From assembly GCA_964016885.1 (NCBI GenBank), contig OZ024764.1, forward strand, positions 26,536,001 to 26,600,000: a stretch of DNA of 64,000 nucleotides, written 5' to 3'. Made by a program: the position numbers and the translations under genes. Under the pieces are notes generated by a model, which saw nothing but the letters and a program-made list of their open reading frames with translations, ran no database searches and had not been told where the DNA came from. Below, piece after piece: positions 40,251-53,185 of this stretch (positions are counted from its first letter, which is position 1; each line of letters opens with the position of its first letter). This DNA is from Eledone cirrhosa (Eukaryota).

Positions 40251-42500
40251 GCCCTTCAAGATGTGTATGACGAGAAAGAAGCCGTTTTAGAATCGTATGA
40301 CATAGATAATAACTGGAATTTCTTATGTGACAACTTACTGCAGGTTGCTGAAGACACTTGTGGCTGGAGCAGAGCTCCGACCAGACAGAGAGTGACCTGG
40401 TGGTGGGACAACACGGTAGATAAGGCCATTAGAGACAAAAGACTAGCATGGAACACTTGGATAAATGGTGGGAGTAGAGACCGATGCACAGCCGCTAAGA
40501 AAGAAGCTAGACGTCAGGTGTACTTAGCACGCAGGGAGGCTGAGAATAGGAGGATTGCCAATGTTCTGTGACGGGAAGATCAAAGACGTGCGGTGTTCCG
40601 CATTGCAAGCCAGTGTGTCAGTGTAAATCGGGATGTTGTTGGAGATAAATGTGTCCGGAATGATGCTGGTGTACTCAGTGTCAATAATGATCAGAAAAAG
40701 GAGGCCTGGAAATGCCATTATGAGAGGCTGATGAATGTAGAGAATGAATGGGAGAGAGAGAAACTACCCACATTTGACCGAACAGAGGGACCAGCTATTG
40801 AGATTGTTGACTATAGGGTCAAAGAGGCAATTAAAGAAAGGAAAAATGGTAAGGCAGCTGGACCATCAGGGATAGTTGCTGAGATGCTGAAGGCATGAGG
40901 AGAAGTAGGTACTAAACTGGTTGCAAGCATAATCAATCAAGCTATATATGGCGGAGTCATACCCAAAGACTGGTGCAGCAGTATTCTCATAAATTGCTAC
41001 AAAGGTAAAGGGGATGCTCTGGAGAGGATCAATTATAGAGGCAGAAAACTGATGGATCAGGTTATGAAAGTGGCAGAAAGGATATTAGAGCAACTAATTA
41101 GAGAAAGAGTCAAACTAGATGAGATGCAGTTTGGTTTTGTGCCTGGGAAAAGTACAACCGATGCCCTCTTCTTAGAGAAGAATAAGCCATTATACTTAGC
41201 TTTTGTTGACCTAGAGAAAGCCTTTGATAGTGTACCCCAGTCTGTCATCTGGTGATCCCTAAGGAAACTAGGTGTTGAGGAATGGCTTGTGAGGACAGTA
41301 CAAGCTTTGTACAGAGGTACTGTCTGTAAAGTGAGGGTAGGAATGGAGTTTAGTGAGGAATTCCAGATACAAGGAGGAGTCCATCAGAGTTCGGTCCTCA
41401 GCCCGCTCTTCTTCATTATAGTCCTCCAAGCCATAACAGAGGAGTTTAAGACTAGCTGCCCATGGGAACTTCTCTATACTGACAATCTGGTTTTTATAGC
41501 AGAATCAGTAGAGGAGCTAGAGAATAAATTCTGGCTATGGAAACAGCAGTTGGAATTAAGAGGACTGAGAGTGAACCCAGCTAAAACAAAAGTGTTGATA
41601 AGTAGAAAAAAGGACAAAACTCTGATGGCCATGTTCGATATGCAGAAAAGGAACTGGCATACATTCTATAAAATGTACACAATGCAGATCTTGGGTACAC
41701 ACGAGATGTAGTGGGATAGCAGGCAAACTAACAGGTAGGGAAAACTACGTATGCAGTAGATGTACAGGGAAATTTGACAGTAGAAGTCGCATTGATAGAC
41801 ACATTTTTCAAATGCAAGTTGGTTCTATAAAAGTGGTTGATAGCTTCAGTACCTAGGTGATCAGATTAGTATGGGAGGGGGGGGGGGGAGGGGGGTTCCG
41901 AGACCATAGTATCTAGAATAAGGACGGGCTGGAAGAAGTTTAGGGAGCTGCCTCCTCTGGTGACAAAGAGGGTTTCTCCCTGCATACAAAAGGTTGGTTG
42001 TTTGATGCCTGTGTGAGATGCACAATGTTGCATGGTAGTGAGACATGGGCAGCAACTGCAGAGGATATGCGAAGGCTGAAGAGAAATGAAGCAAGCATGC
42101 TCCATTGGATGTGCAATGTCAATGTGCGTGAAAGACCAAGCATGGACGAGTTGAGAGTGAAACTCTATAAGAAGGATAAACTGCAGTGTGCGGGAGAAAA
42201 GACTGCGTTGGTATGGCCATGCGATGCGTATGCAGGATTACCGCAGGGTGAAGAAGTGCCAAGTAATCCCAGTGGGAGGAATATGCAGTAGAGGAAGACC
42301 AAGGAAGATATGGGCAGAGGTAGTGAGAGCTGACCTCAGATCGTTGAAGCTCAGAGGAGATGATGAAGGAGAGATGCTGCGCTGAAGAGGATCTGTCCCA
42401 CCCTTATAAGCAGGGAAAAGTGGATGTATAATGATGATGATATATATATATGTCCCACCCTTGCAAACAGGGAAAAGCAGACGTAAAATGAAAATGATGA
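40251..42500 (+). mobile_element. 5'-truncated, decayed RTE-clade LINE (RT pseudogene)
   Basis: TWWWD, GKAAGPSGI.AEMLK, YKGKGD..NYRG, QFGFVPGKSTTDA, FVDLEKAFDSV, GVHQSSVLSPLFF, LLYTDNLV (YADD site), RLRWYGH, RGRPRKIW; doubled (ATG)n tail; no endonuclease domain seen. Confidence 0.92.
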
Positions 42501-42523
42501 TATATATATAGATAGATAGATAG

Positions 42524-42580
<57 letters not shown>

Positions 42581-42924
42581 CTTATACGTCATGGTGGCTA
42601 CAGGTGCCAAGAGGAAGAAGCCGGACAATCCTCTGATATTTGTTTATCTTCCTTTCCTTCGTGGGCCGCGGTACCCGGGTTTGTGGCCGAAGCGACCAAG
42701 TTGAAATCGGCCACCGGTGGTTGATATCACCAGGTTAGGAAACCCTGGTTTAGTCGCTCCAGTTATTACTTCGTTAGACATAGTCAGTAATTGAAATTAA
42801 AGCCTAAAGGTGTACTAAAGCCACAAACGTTTTTCTATCTATGAATTATTAGTGGTGTAAACAGATGAATTAAAGTCAAAGCTAACAAATATATCACCAA
42901 GAAGAATATCTAAGGATTTCCAAA

Positions 42925-43148
42925 GTGTAAAGTCAGCTCAAGCCTGGAGACTTATCAAGCAGGTGCCTGTCCCAGTTCCTCTAGCGTAAAGGGACTGAGA
43001 GTACATGACTTCCCCCTGGACATGATGTCAGTCCATCGCAGGGTTAACCCCCCACCTATGTGAAATTAAGTTTTTGCTCAAGTAAAACAACTAACAACAC
43101 GGTCCAGGAATCGAATACACATATGATCGTAAGACCACGGGCCTCCAC
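42925..43148 (-). mobile_element. Second-family tRNA-derived SINE relic
   Basis: CCCCCTGGACATGATGTCAGTCCATCGCAGGGTTAACCCCC..TTGCTCAAG..CAGGAATCGAA..GCCTCCAC; B-box-like GGAATCGAA read on the minus strand. Confidence 0.6.
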
Positions 43149-44239
43149 TATCGAAGGATCTACCCTTCATTAAAGAATAAATTAGACTTATGCTTACATC
43201 GCCGACATAATTATGGTCGGAAAGGACATTACTGAAAATAAGGAATGAACAACTAAAGGAAGACAGAAACGGTCCCTCCTATCTGAAATATTAAGGAAGG
43301 AATCTACACAGGAGGGCCCATCTTCCTACCAAAAGAATTATTTTAACAAGCCTACATCCTACTGAGCCAAAGAAAGGGGCCTCATAACTAGAACATGCTT
43401 CATTTGTCCTAAATACGGAGCTGACTTTACATATAATTATATATATGTATATATATATAGTATGTGTGTGTGTGTATGAAGATGTATGACCCCTAGCAAG
43501 CCAAACTACAGTTACTCCCCAACATGGATAGCAAATTAAAACATTACCTGTTAGAGACAAACGTGAAATGATTTGTTAGTGAACTACCGGTGTAACAGTA
43601 ATTATGTTACCGGTGTAACTATTTCTGTTTACCTTATTTTTAAATCACACTCCTATATTAGTTTAGTGACCTTTCAATTCAAATAAATTCTTGATGATGA
43701 TTGAACTCGCATCGGAGTAGCCCAACGCCTTGGCCTCCGCGTGTGTGAGCCACATAAATGCTCTCAACGACATAGTGAGAAGAAGCCTGGACGCAGCTGA
43801 ATTTCCATCTCAACTGGAGCCAGCAGGCCTAGGCCGCGGAGATGGCAAGCACCGCGAGGGAATCACCCTCTTCCCATTCGAAGGAGGTAGATCCACAAAC
43901 CCCAGCATCGCTGCCCGTCTCGCAGATGAACATAAAATAAACAAATTCCGGTGTTTGTCCTGGAGCCTCTTCTAAGCACCAGCCGCCGTCGAGACCCCGG
44001 GCCAACTTGGACCCATTACAGCCGAGCTCCTCCGCAACATCGCAGTGTCTGTGGCCCGTCTGAGGATGGAGTCCCACGAGGTTGGATGCCTGTTGCAGCA
44101 GGTGTCACTGTCCTTACATATATATACGTAAATGTTCCCTTGACTGCTATTTCTAGCATATATTAATAGACACTTTAGAAACAGCAGCTAAAAATCAAGA
44201 AACAACAGTGTGTGTCTGTATATATATACACAGAGAGAA

Positions 44240-44319
<80 letters not shown>

Positions 44320-44403
44320 AGCCAAAGACACGCACACACGAACATACACATACACACAGGTGTATGTCTGCGTGTATGTATATATATGTGTGTGTCTTTT
44401 CGT

Positions 44404-44446
<43 letters not shown>

Positions 44447-44579
44447 CAGTGATCCCCCTCGCAACCTTTAATTAAACAAACCTGCGATGAGGCGATGATC
44501 AAAATAAACACCAAAGTGTAAACAAACAGCCCATAGGTGCTGCCGGATACACGATAACATGTGTAGACGAAGTAAAACT

Positions 44580-45066
44580 TTTATTACTGTAATATAAAGT
44601 AGAAACCCTTTATTTAAACAAAGCTGCGTGGCAGCGATGATCAAAACAAACTTCAAAGTGTAAACAAACCTCTCGTAGGTGCGGCCAGATACACGCTAAC
44701 ATGTGTATACGAAGTGTAACAGGGAGTTGGGTCGTATTATATGACTTTCAAATTGACCCCTATTATATTCAAATTATCCCCTGTGGGGCGTGCACCCCAC
44801 GTTGAGAATCCCTCATAAATAAATATATGTGAGTGTGTTGCTATGACTGCTATTTCTAGCAGGTTTACTGCAGTTCTGTAGACGCACAACAAAAACCGGA
44901 AGTGGCAGCCATTAAAAAACTTTGGCTTAAAATCAGGCAAAAGTTTTTTAACAATTTGCCAAGAAAGATAACTCTTGTCTGACTTAATCGCAAAAATCGA
45001 GGCAAAAATTTTGCGGCTGTGCAGTTTGTTTGGTGTATTTGACTGCTATTTCTAGCATGTATGGAC
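44580..45066. mobile_element. Left arm only of the long IR element; the rest is deleted at 45066
   Basis: Matches ~5480-5929, then joins sequence equivalent to ~8683. Confidence 0.8.
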
Positions 45067-45161
45067 GTAAGTACGGTATAGGTGTATTTATATTTAGGAT
45101 AGTTATCAAAGGTAAATAGACTGGTTGGAGTAATAACAGTCTTGTTTATGTATATACACAC

Positions 45162-45193
<32 letters not shown>

Positions 45194-45297
45194 GTTTGTT
45201 CTTGTATTTCTATAGAAAAGGTAAAGAAAAGAAGAATGCTCTATGTATTGTACAGAGCTATTTAGTTACATAATAAACAACAGAATATAATTATTCC

Positions 45298-47652
45298 ATG
45301 CAAATAGACTTAGAATGGAAAACATTCAGACAGAGAAGAATGGATAATGAGCGTCATAAGAGAAATTGGCCAACAATTAATATTAATGGAAATCTAGAAG
45401 AATTTCATATTAGTGATATGAATGTTTCGTGTGATCACTGTGAAGCTTTGAAATTTAGAAATGAAAATTGTAACTGTTGTAATAAAGGAAAGGTTGTGTT
45501 GCCTCCATTGCAAATATACCCCGAGAGACTGAGAAATCTCTTTGAAAGAGGCCAGGAAGCAGTTGATTTCACAGAAACATCTGCAATTAAAACTACATTT
45601 ATTTCACTTCATTTGGTGTTACCACTCGGCAGAGGCCCGTATAGCTTTCATATTCAGGGTCAAATATATCACTACACCCCCACCTCTGTAACCTGCAGAA
45701 AATACACCACAATATGGCCAGTTATATATTATTGATGGGAACGAAGGTGTGTAGCACAGATTGGAAGTACAACCAAATAATTGTTTCTGGCACAAGGCCA
45801 GCAATTACTGGTACTTTATTCTATCGACCTAATAAGGATGAAAACAAAGTCAACCTTGGAGGGATTTGAACCCAGAACGTAAAGGGCCATAACCCTATGC
45901 TGCAAAGCATGGTGTCTGACGCTCTACCGATACTGCCAATCCACCGCCCTAGTACCAACAAATAATGACTGCTCACCACAAAAAATGGCTATGATAAGAG
46001 AGGTGTTGCATGAATGTTATCCATATGTCGAAGTGTACAATACAATGCATGGCATCAAACAGCAAAGTGCAAGAAGAGAAAATTGTCGTGTACAGAACTG
46101 TGAATTAAGATTTAGAAGAGGATCAGATATGAGCTGCTATAATTTACCAACTAGTAATGATAGCTGTTGTTTTGTGGGGTTTGAGGGCAGACCACCTGTA
46201 CAAAGAGATATTATCATCTTTCCTAAAGACCATCCTCCTCAGAAAATATCACATAATTCATGCCACTTGGACCTCATGACTGACCCATAATGGTGAATTT
46301 TGGTGGCATAGTGACATGGAGAGGAATGCAGGACCTGTGTTTGCAATAGACTGACAATGCAGGAGTATTACATATACAGTATAGCATATAGAGGAGGATT
46401 TAGTGTGATATATAGGGCAGGTAAATTATTTTAGCAGTATTTAGTGGATGCCTATATGAAAGTAGAGGGATGCAGGCTTCTATATTTGAGGAACAATCAA
46501 GCCCAATTGTGAGTGGATGAGTATAATGGTTTAATGAATTATCTAAACAGATGATAACACTGAGCCTTAAAAAATGAAGACAAGATAAGAAACAGAGAAG
46601 ACATTGACAGAATCGTGTCAGCAGAAATACCTGCATTGGAAGATGATCCAGTACTACATGAGCAGGTTTAAAAGTTTATGATCCACAGGCCATGTGGTTC
46701 TGGAAACCCTTTTCCCCCATTTATACAAAATGGATTTTTCCAAAAGAACTATCCAAAAACCTACAGAAGGGAAACATTATTGAACCTAAATGGATACCCA
46801 GAGTACAGGAGGTGCAAGACAGGAACTGCAGTGTAAATTGGATGACATTCAGTAGATAACAGGAATGTTGTGCCATTTAATGCCTTTTTGATTAAGAAAT
46901 ATTGTGCACATATTAATGTTGAAGTTTGCGCTTCTGTAAAAAGTGTCAAGTACCTCTTTAAATATGTTACATGGGGCATGATTGTACATCTATAGAAGTA
47001 ACGAATAATGCATTACCTAATGAGGCTCAGAACCAACACAACCATGATGAAATAAGAACCTATCTTTGTTGTAGGTATGTGTCTCAGCCAGAAGCAGTGT
47101 CGTGTCTCTCGGAATTTAAGCTTCATGGTACATCACATACAGTATACAGCCTAGTCACACACCTGGAGAACAAACAGAGTTTACTTTCAAAGAGGCAATG
47201 CTCAGGTTGTGGTAGAAATGCAGGGACCCTTGCTGCCTGGTTCAAGCTAAATGAACTTGCTTACACCTTCTGGGATGCCGCCTCACAAACTCCAATTATA
47301 AGCAGGATCAATAATAATGCTTCTATGGAATATTTCAATCCAGAACAGATTATGTAATGGCACAAGATTAGAAGTAGTAGAACTGCATAAACATTTTATC
47401 AAAGCTTCTCATATCTATGGTCCTTTGATGGGCAGGTGTGTTTTGATCCCAAGACTGAAGTTATCCCCCAGTGGTGCCAACATCCCTTTTACTTTGGAAA
47501 GACCCCAGTTTCCATTAAGACTGTCATATGCCATGACAATCAACAAGAACCATGGTCAAATACATGATAAAGTGGGTCTGTTCCTCCCTGAGCAAGTATT
47601 TAACCCTGGACAATTGTATGTTGCTTTTTCAAGAGTTCACAGACAGATGTAA
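45298..47652 (+). pseudogene. Helitron Rep/PIF1 pseudogene (copy 4, most contiguous)
   Basis: Cys-rich N-terminus, YNLPTSN, RDIII, Rep KYLFKY motif and helicase C-terminal motifs; HUH motif and helicase motifs I-IV not found. Confidence 0.92.
45782..45950 (-). mobile_element. tRNA-derived SINE inside the Helitron (copies ~12139, ~36446, ~55830)
   Basis: Minus-strand A box TGGCAGTATCGG and B box GGTTCAAATCC; imperfect 16-bp TSD AGTACAACCAAATAAT / AGTACCAACAAATAAT. Confidence 0.8.
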
Positions 47653-48223
47653 AAATTAATCCTAGCAAACCCCCACCACTCCTACAACTGTTAGCTGTTA
47701 GCCCACCCCAGCACCACCCAACCTCCGTTCTAGTCCCACCGTTAGAACCAATGCTGCTTACCCTGCCTCTTTTACTAGTTCACTCCGTCGCTCGAATTTC
47801 AAAGCTGGCCCTCTACACTTGGTCGTTGCCAGCTCACCACCTGGTTGTGCTCTCTGTGTCCGCACTAGCCGGTACCTAAACACAATAAAATATCACCTGT
47901 GCTACCAAAACTACCACAGGAACTCTGTCGGCATCAGCAAGGCTCAAGCCGAAAGGCTTCAATACTAGACCTGTAATCAGGGCCACTTTACCTCCGACGA
48001 CCAGCTTTCTACCGAGTGTGTGTTGATGGAGGGGACATGAGACCAGCAAAGTCCTAGGAGTAGAGACTAGTAAATAATAAACGGTCCTAGCTATGTTAAG
48101 AATATATATAAGAAAAATGTTCTATACATTTAAGAAGACAAGAGAAATAAATATTTACCTCTTTCATGTAGGTAATATAGCGGTGTTATAAAAGTATAAT
48201 AACTGATGCAGGTAGTTTGTTTC

Positions 48224-48701
48224 AAACTATAACACATATAACTCTATCAGTGAAGCCCTTTAGTATAGGTCAACTAGGAAACTATAACACATATAACCCT
48301 ATCAGTGAAGTCCTTTAGTATAGGTCAACTGGGAAACGATAACACATATAACCCTATCAGTGAAGTCCTTTAGTATAGGTCAACTGGGAAACTATAACAC
48401 ATATAACCCTATCAGTGAAGTCCTTTAGTATAGGTCAACTGGGAAACTATAACACATATAACCCTATCAGTGAAGCCCTCTGGGAAACTATAACACATAT
48501 AACTCTATCAGTGAAGCCCTTTAGTATAGGTCAACTGGGAAACTATAACACATATAACCCTATCAGTGAAGTCCTTTAGTATAGGTCAACTGGGAAACTA
48601 TAACACATATAACCCTATCAGTGAAGTCCTTTAGTATAGGTCAACTGGGAAATTATAACACATATAACCCTATCAGTGAAGTCCTTTAGTATAGGTCAAC
48701 T
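48224..48701 (+). repeat. 55-bp tandem repeat, 9 units (one shortened)
   Basis: Same unit as 2284-2556. Confidence 0.95.
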
Positions 48702-51170
48702 AACAGAAGTATTAAGGTGGGCTCGATTGTGGCCCGCGGGCCGCCTGTTGCACGCCCCTCCTTTAGACAGAATATCTATCACAGTTAAGTAATACTGTGA
48801 TCTGTCGGCCAACTACATTTTCCAGCCTGAGGCGTTTGGGGGAGTCGGGATACTGACTGCGAGATTCCTATCTTCACTGGCGGCTAGCCTGACGAAGGTG
48901 ACTGGTGAAGCTCGTGAGGGCACTTGGTTGTTCCAGCTCCTCAGCCTCGCCATCGCCCGAGGTAACGCTGCAGACGTGCTGGCTTGCCTAAAAAATCATT
49001 AGAGGTTTCCCAGTGCTCCTCGCGATACTGTTATCTTTTGCTCTAGTAGCAGCTCGTTTGTCCACCCCTTTCGCCTGCCTTTGGTTGTATGTCGTCCTAG
49101 ATGTGTGTATTACCTGCTTGTGTGTTGTATGTGGTCCTAGATGTGTGTATTACCTGCTTATGTGGTCCTAGATGTATGTATTACCTGCTGGTGTGTTGTA
49201 TGTGGTCCCAGATGTGTGCATTACCTGTTTTTGTGTTGTATGTGGTCCCAAATGTGTGTGCTACCCGCTTCTGTGATTTGTTTTGTTCCTTCTTTCTCTC
49301 TTCCGAGAAACAATCCTGTATTTTTTTAATCTATTCCATGCGTTAAGTAATTAGCAGCAACAACAAACTGATTTTCAGTTGTAAAAAGAATCTTTAAACC
49401 TTCACCATTTACATTAACACATACCATACGTTGTCCCAGCCACAAATAAACAGTAAAAAAAACTTACTTTGCGGTTAAATTCTTCACAATTCAAAGAAAA
49501 ATATTTCTAACACGTTTCTAGACAACACCAAGTTTACACCTTCAATATCCGGTAAAAGTAAAAACAAATTCTGGAGACATTTAACGAAACGAAACTATGT
49601 AAAGAAAAACGAAAATTAAACGAAGACAAATAGTAAATTTTAATTTTTATTAAATAAAATACCAGTAATTCACTGCAGTAGATTTAATCAACTTTACTCT
49701 CTCTGCACGAAAGAAGAAAAAAATTCCTGACTTAGTGCTTAATATATAGAGAGGGGGAGAGTTTGGTGTTACTTCATATAGAGAGGGGTATTGGAAGAGA
49801 GTGCCGTGTAGTAGATATAGAGAGGGAGAGAGTGTGTGCTAATTGATATAAAGAGGGGGATTTGCACCCCCCCCCCGCCGCCTAGAAAAATTCTGAAATG
49901 CTTCGACCTCCCTGTACATATATATATATATATAGTATACACACACAGACATATATATGTATATATTATATATATAGTAAATAAATGTGTGTGTGTATCA
50001 GTGGTCGCCAAACTTTTCTGTTCCACACCCCTCCTCTAAAATATGTTTATGTTCCCCTTTAATATAAAAACAATCCGAGTATTCTGAAAGTATTATTACT
50101 GTAATATAAAGTAGAAACCCTTTATTTAAACAAAGCTACGATGCAGCGATGATCAAAACAAACTTCTCGTAGGTGCTGCCAAGCGGGGAAAAGTGGATGT
50201 ATAATGATGATGATATATATATATATGCCCCACCCTTGCAAACAGGGAAAAGCAGACGTAAAATGAAAATGATGATATATATATAGATAGATAGATATGT
50301 ATTTATACTTATACGTCATGGTGGCTACAGGTGCCAAGAGGAAGAAGCCGGTCAAATCCTCTGATATTTGTTTATCTTCCTTTCCTTTGTATATATATAT
50401 ATAGTATGTGTGTATGAAGATGTATGACCCCCTAGCAAGCCAAACTACAGTTACTCCCCAACATGGAGAGCAAATTAAAACATTACCTGTTAGAGAGGAA
50501 CGTGAAATGAATTGTTAGTGAACTACCGGTGTAACAGTAATTATGTTACCGGTGTAACTATTTCTGTTTACCTTATTTTTAAATGACACTCCTATATTAG
50601 TTTAGTGACCTTTCAATTCAAATAAATTCTTGATGATGATTGAACTCGCATCGGAGTAGCCCAACGCCTTGGCCTCCGCGTGTGTGAGCCACATAAATGC
50701 TCTCAACGACATAGTGAGAAGAAGCCTGGACGCAGCTGAATTTCCATCTCAACTGGAGCCAGCAGGCCTAGGCCGCGGAGATGGCAAGCACCGCGAGGGA
50801 ATCACCCTCTTCCCATTCGAAGGAGGTAGATCCACAAACCCCAGCATCGCTGCCCGTCTCGCAGATGAACATAAAATAAACAAATTCCGGTGTTTGTCCT
50901 GGAGCCTCTTCTAAGCACCAGCCGCCGTCGAGACCCCGGGCCAACTTGGACCCATTACAGCCGAGCTCCTCCGCAACATCGCAGTGTCTGTGGCCCGTCT
51001 GAGGATGGAGTCCCACGAGGTTGGATGCCTGTTGCAGCAGGTGTCACTGTCCTTACATATATATACGTAAATGTTCCCTTGACTGCTATTTCTAGCATAT
51101 ATTAATAGACACTTTAGAAACAGCAGCTAAAAATCAAGAAACAACAGTGTGTGTCTGTATATATATACAC

Positions 51171-51209
<39 letters not shown>

Positions 51210-51288
51210 AGCCAAAGACACGCACACACGAACATACACATACACACAGGTGTATGTCTGCGTGTATGTATATATATGTGTGTGTCTT

Positions 51289-51358
<70 letters not shown>

Positions 51359-51494
51359 GTCAGTGATCCCCCTCGCAACCTTTAATTAAACAAACCTGCG
51401 ATGAGGCGATGATCAAAATAAACACCAAAGTATAAACAAACAGCCCATAGGTGCTGCCGGATACACGATAACATGTGTAGACGAAGTAAAACTT

Positions 51495-51975
51495 TTATTA
51501 CTGTAATATAAAGTAGAAACCCTATATTTAAACAAAGCTGCGATGCAGCGATGATCAAAACAAACTTCAAATAACATGTGTATACGAAGTGTATCTGGAA
51601 GCTTGGTCGTATTATATGACTTTCAAATTGACCCCTATTATATTCAAATTATCCCCTGTGGGGCGTGCACCCCACGTTGAGAATCCCTCATAAATAAAAA
51701 TATGTGAGTGTGTTGCTATGACTGCTATTTCTAGCAGGTTTACTGCAGTCCTGTAGACGCACAACAAAAACCGGAAGTGGCAGCCATTAAAAAACTTTGG
51801 CTTAAAATCAGCCAAAAGATTTTCAATAATAGTAAAATTTTATTTTTGACAAGGACGATAACTTTTGTCTTACTTAATCGCAAAAATCGAGGCAAAAATT
51901 TTGCGGGTGTGCAGTTTACACGCTAAAATAAACCTGCTAGAAATAGCAGTTATAGCAACTCACATATATTTATAT

Positions 51976-52009
<34 letters not shown>

Positions 52010-52422
52010 CCAAACACACACCCTTATATATGTACGTGTGTGTGTGTTGACCGCTATATATATATATAGCAGCCAAACACATACACAGACACACATATAT
52101 ATATATATATACATGTGTGTGTATATGTGTGTGTCCTCCTCTCGTCTATGGCTGTTATTTTTACATTGTCCTTTTTGTTATTTTTCTCGGGATTTGCCCG
52201 GATTCGAACATGCGACCACCTATTTACAATATAGAATCTTTACAGCTTTACTGACTTTTAAGTAATCCAAGTTGTAAACCCGGATTTAGTAGTGTTTAAT
52301 TTATTTTGAAGTATTTTATTATTGGCCTTAGTTAGACGATCGTCCAAGACCATGCTGGGGCATATATATATATATGTATATATATGTGTGTGTGTGTGTG
52401 TATGCTGGGGCATATATATATA

Positions 52423-52496
<74 letters not shown>

Positions 52497-53185
52497 CTAG
52501 GGCATATATATATATGTGTGTGTGTGTATATATATATATATGTGTGTGTGTCCTTTCTGTTATTCGCTGCTATTTCTAAAGTGTCAATATATATATCATA
52601 TATATATATATATCATATATAAATATATGTAAGTGAGTTGCTATGACTGCTATTTCTAGCAGGTTTATTTTTAGCGTGTAAACTGCACACCCTCAAAATT
52701 TTTGCCTCGATTTTTGCGATTAAGTAAGACAAAAGTTATCGTCCTTGTCAAAAATAAAATTTTACTATTATTGAAAATCTTTTGGCTGATTTTAAGCCAA
52801 AGTTTTTTAATGGCTGCCACTTCCGGTTTTTGTTGTGCGTCTACAGGACTGCAGTAAACCTGCTAGAAATAGCAGTCATAGCAACACACTCACATATTTT
52901 TATTTATGAGGGATTCTCAACGTGGGGTGCACGCCCCACAGCGGATAATTTGAATATAATAGGGGTCAATTTGAAAGTCATATAATACGACCCAACTCCC
53001 TGTTACACTTCGTATACACATGTTATCGTGTATCTGGCAGCACCTGCGAGAAGTTTGTTTACATTTTGGGGTTTGCTTTGATGATCGCTGCATCGCAGCT
53101 TTGTTTAAATAAAGGGTTTCTACTTTATATTACAGTAATAACACTTTTACAAGACTCGGATTGTTTTTATATTAAAGGGGACATG
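51495..53185. mobile_element. Long IR element, variant B, with microsatellite-rich spacer
   Basis: ~51605-51970 is the reverse complement of ~52620-52992. Confidence 0.8.

Noticed and set aside
45782-45950. Functional tRNA gene
   Set aside because: A and B boxes belong to a SINE with a non-tRNA body and a TSD; no cloverleaf
47317-47652. Host PIF1 helicase gene
   Set aside because: Only C-terminal motifs are present, linked to Helitron Rep motifs, multi-copy and disrupted
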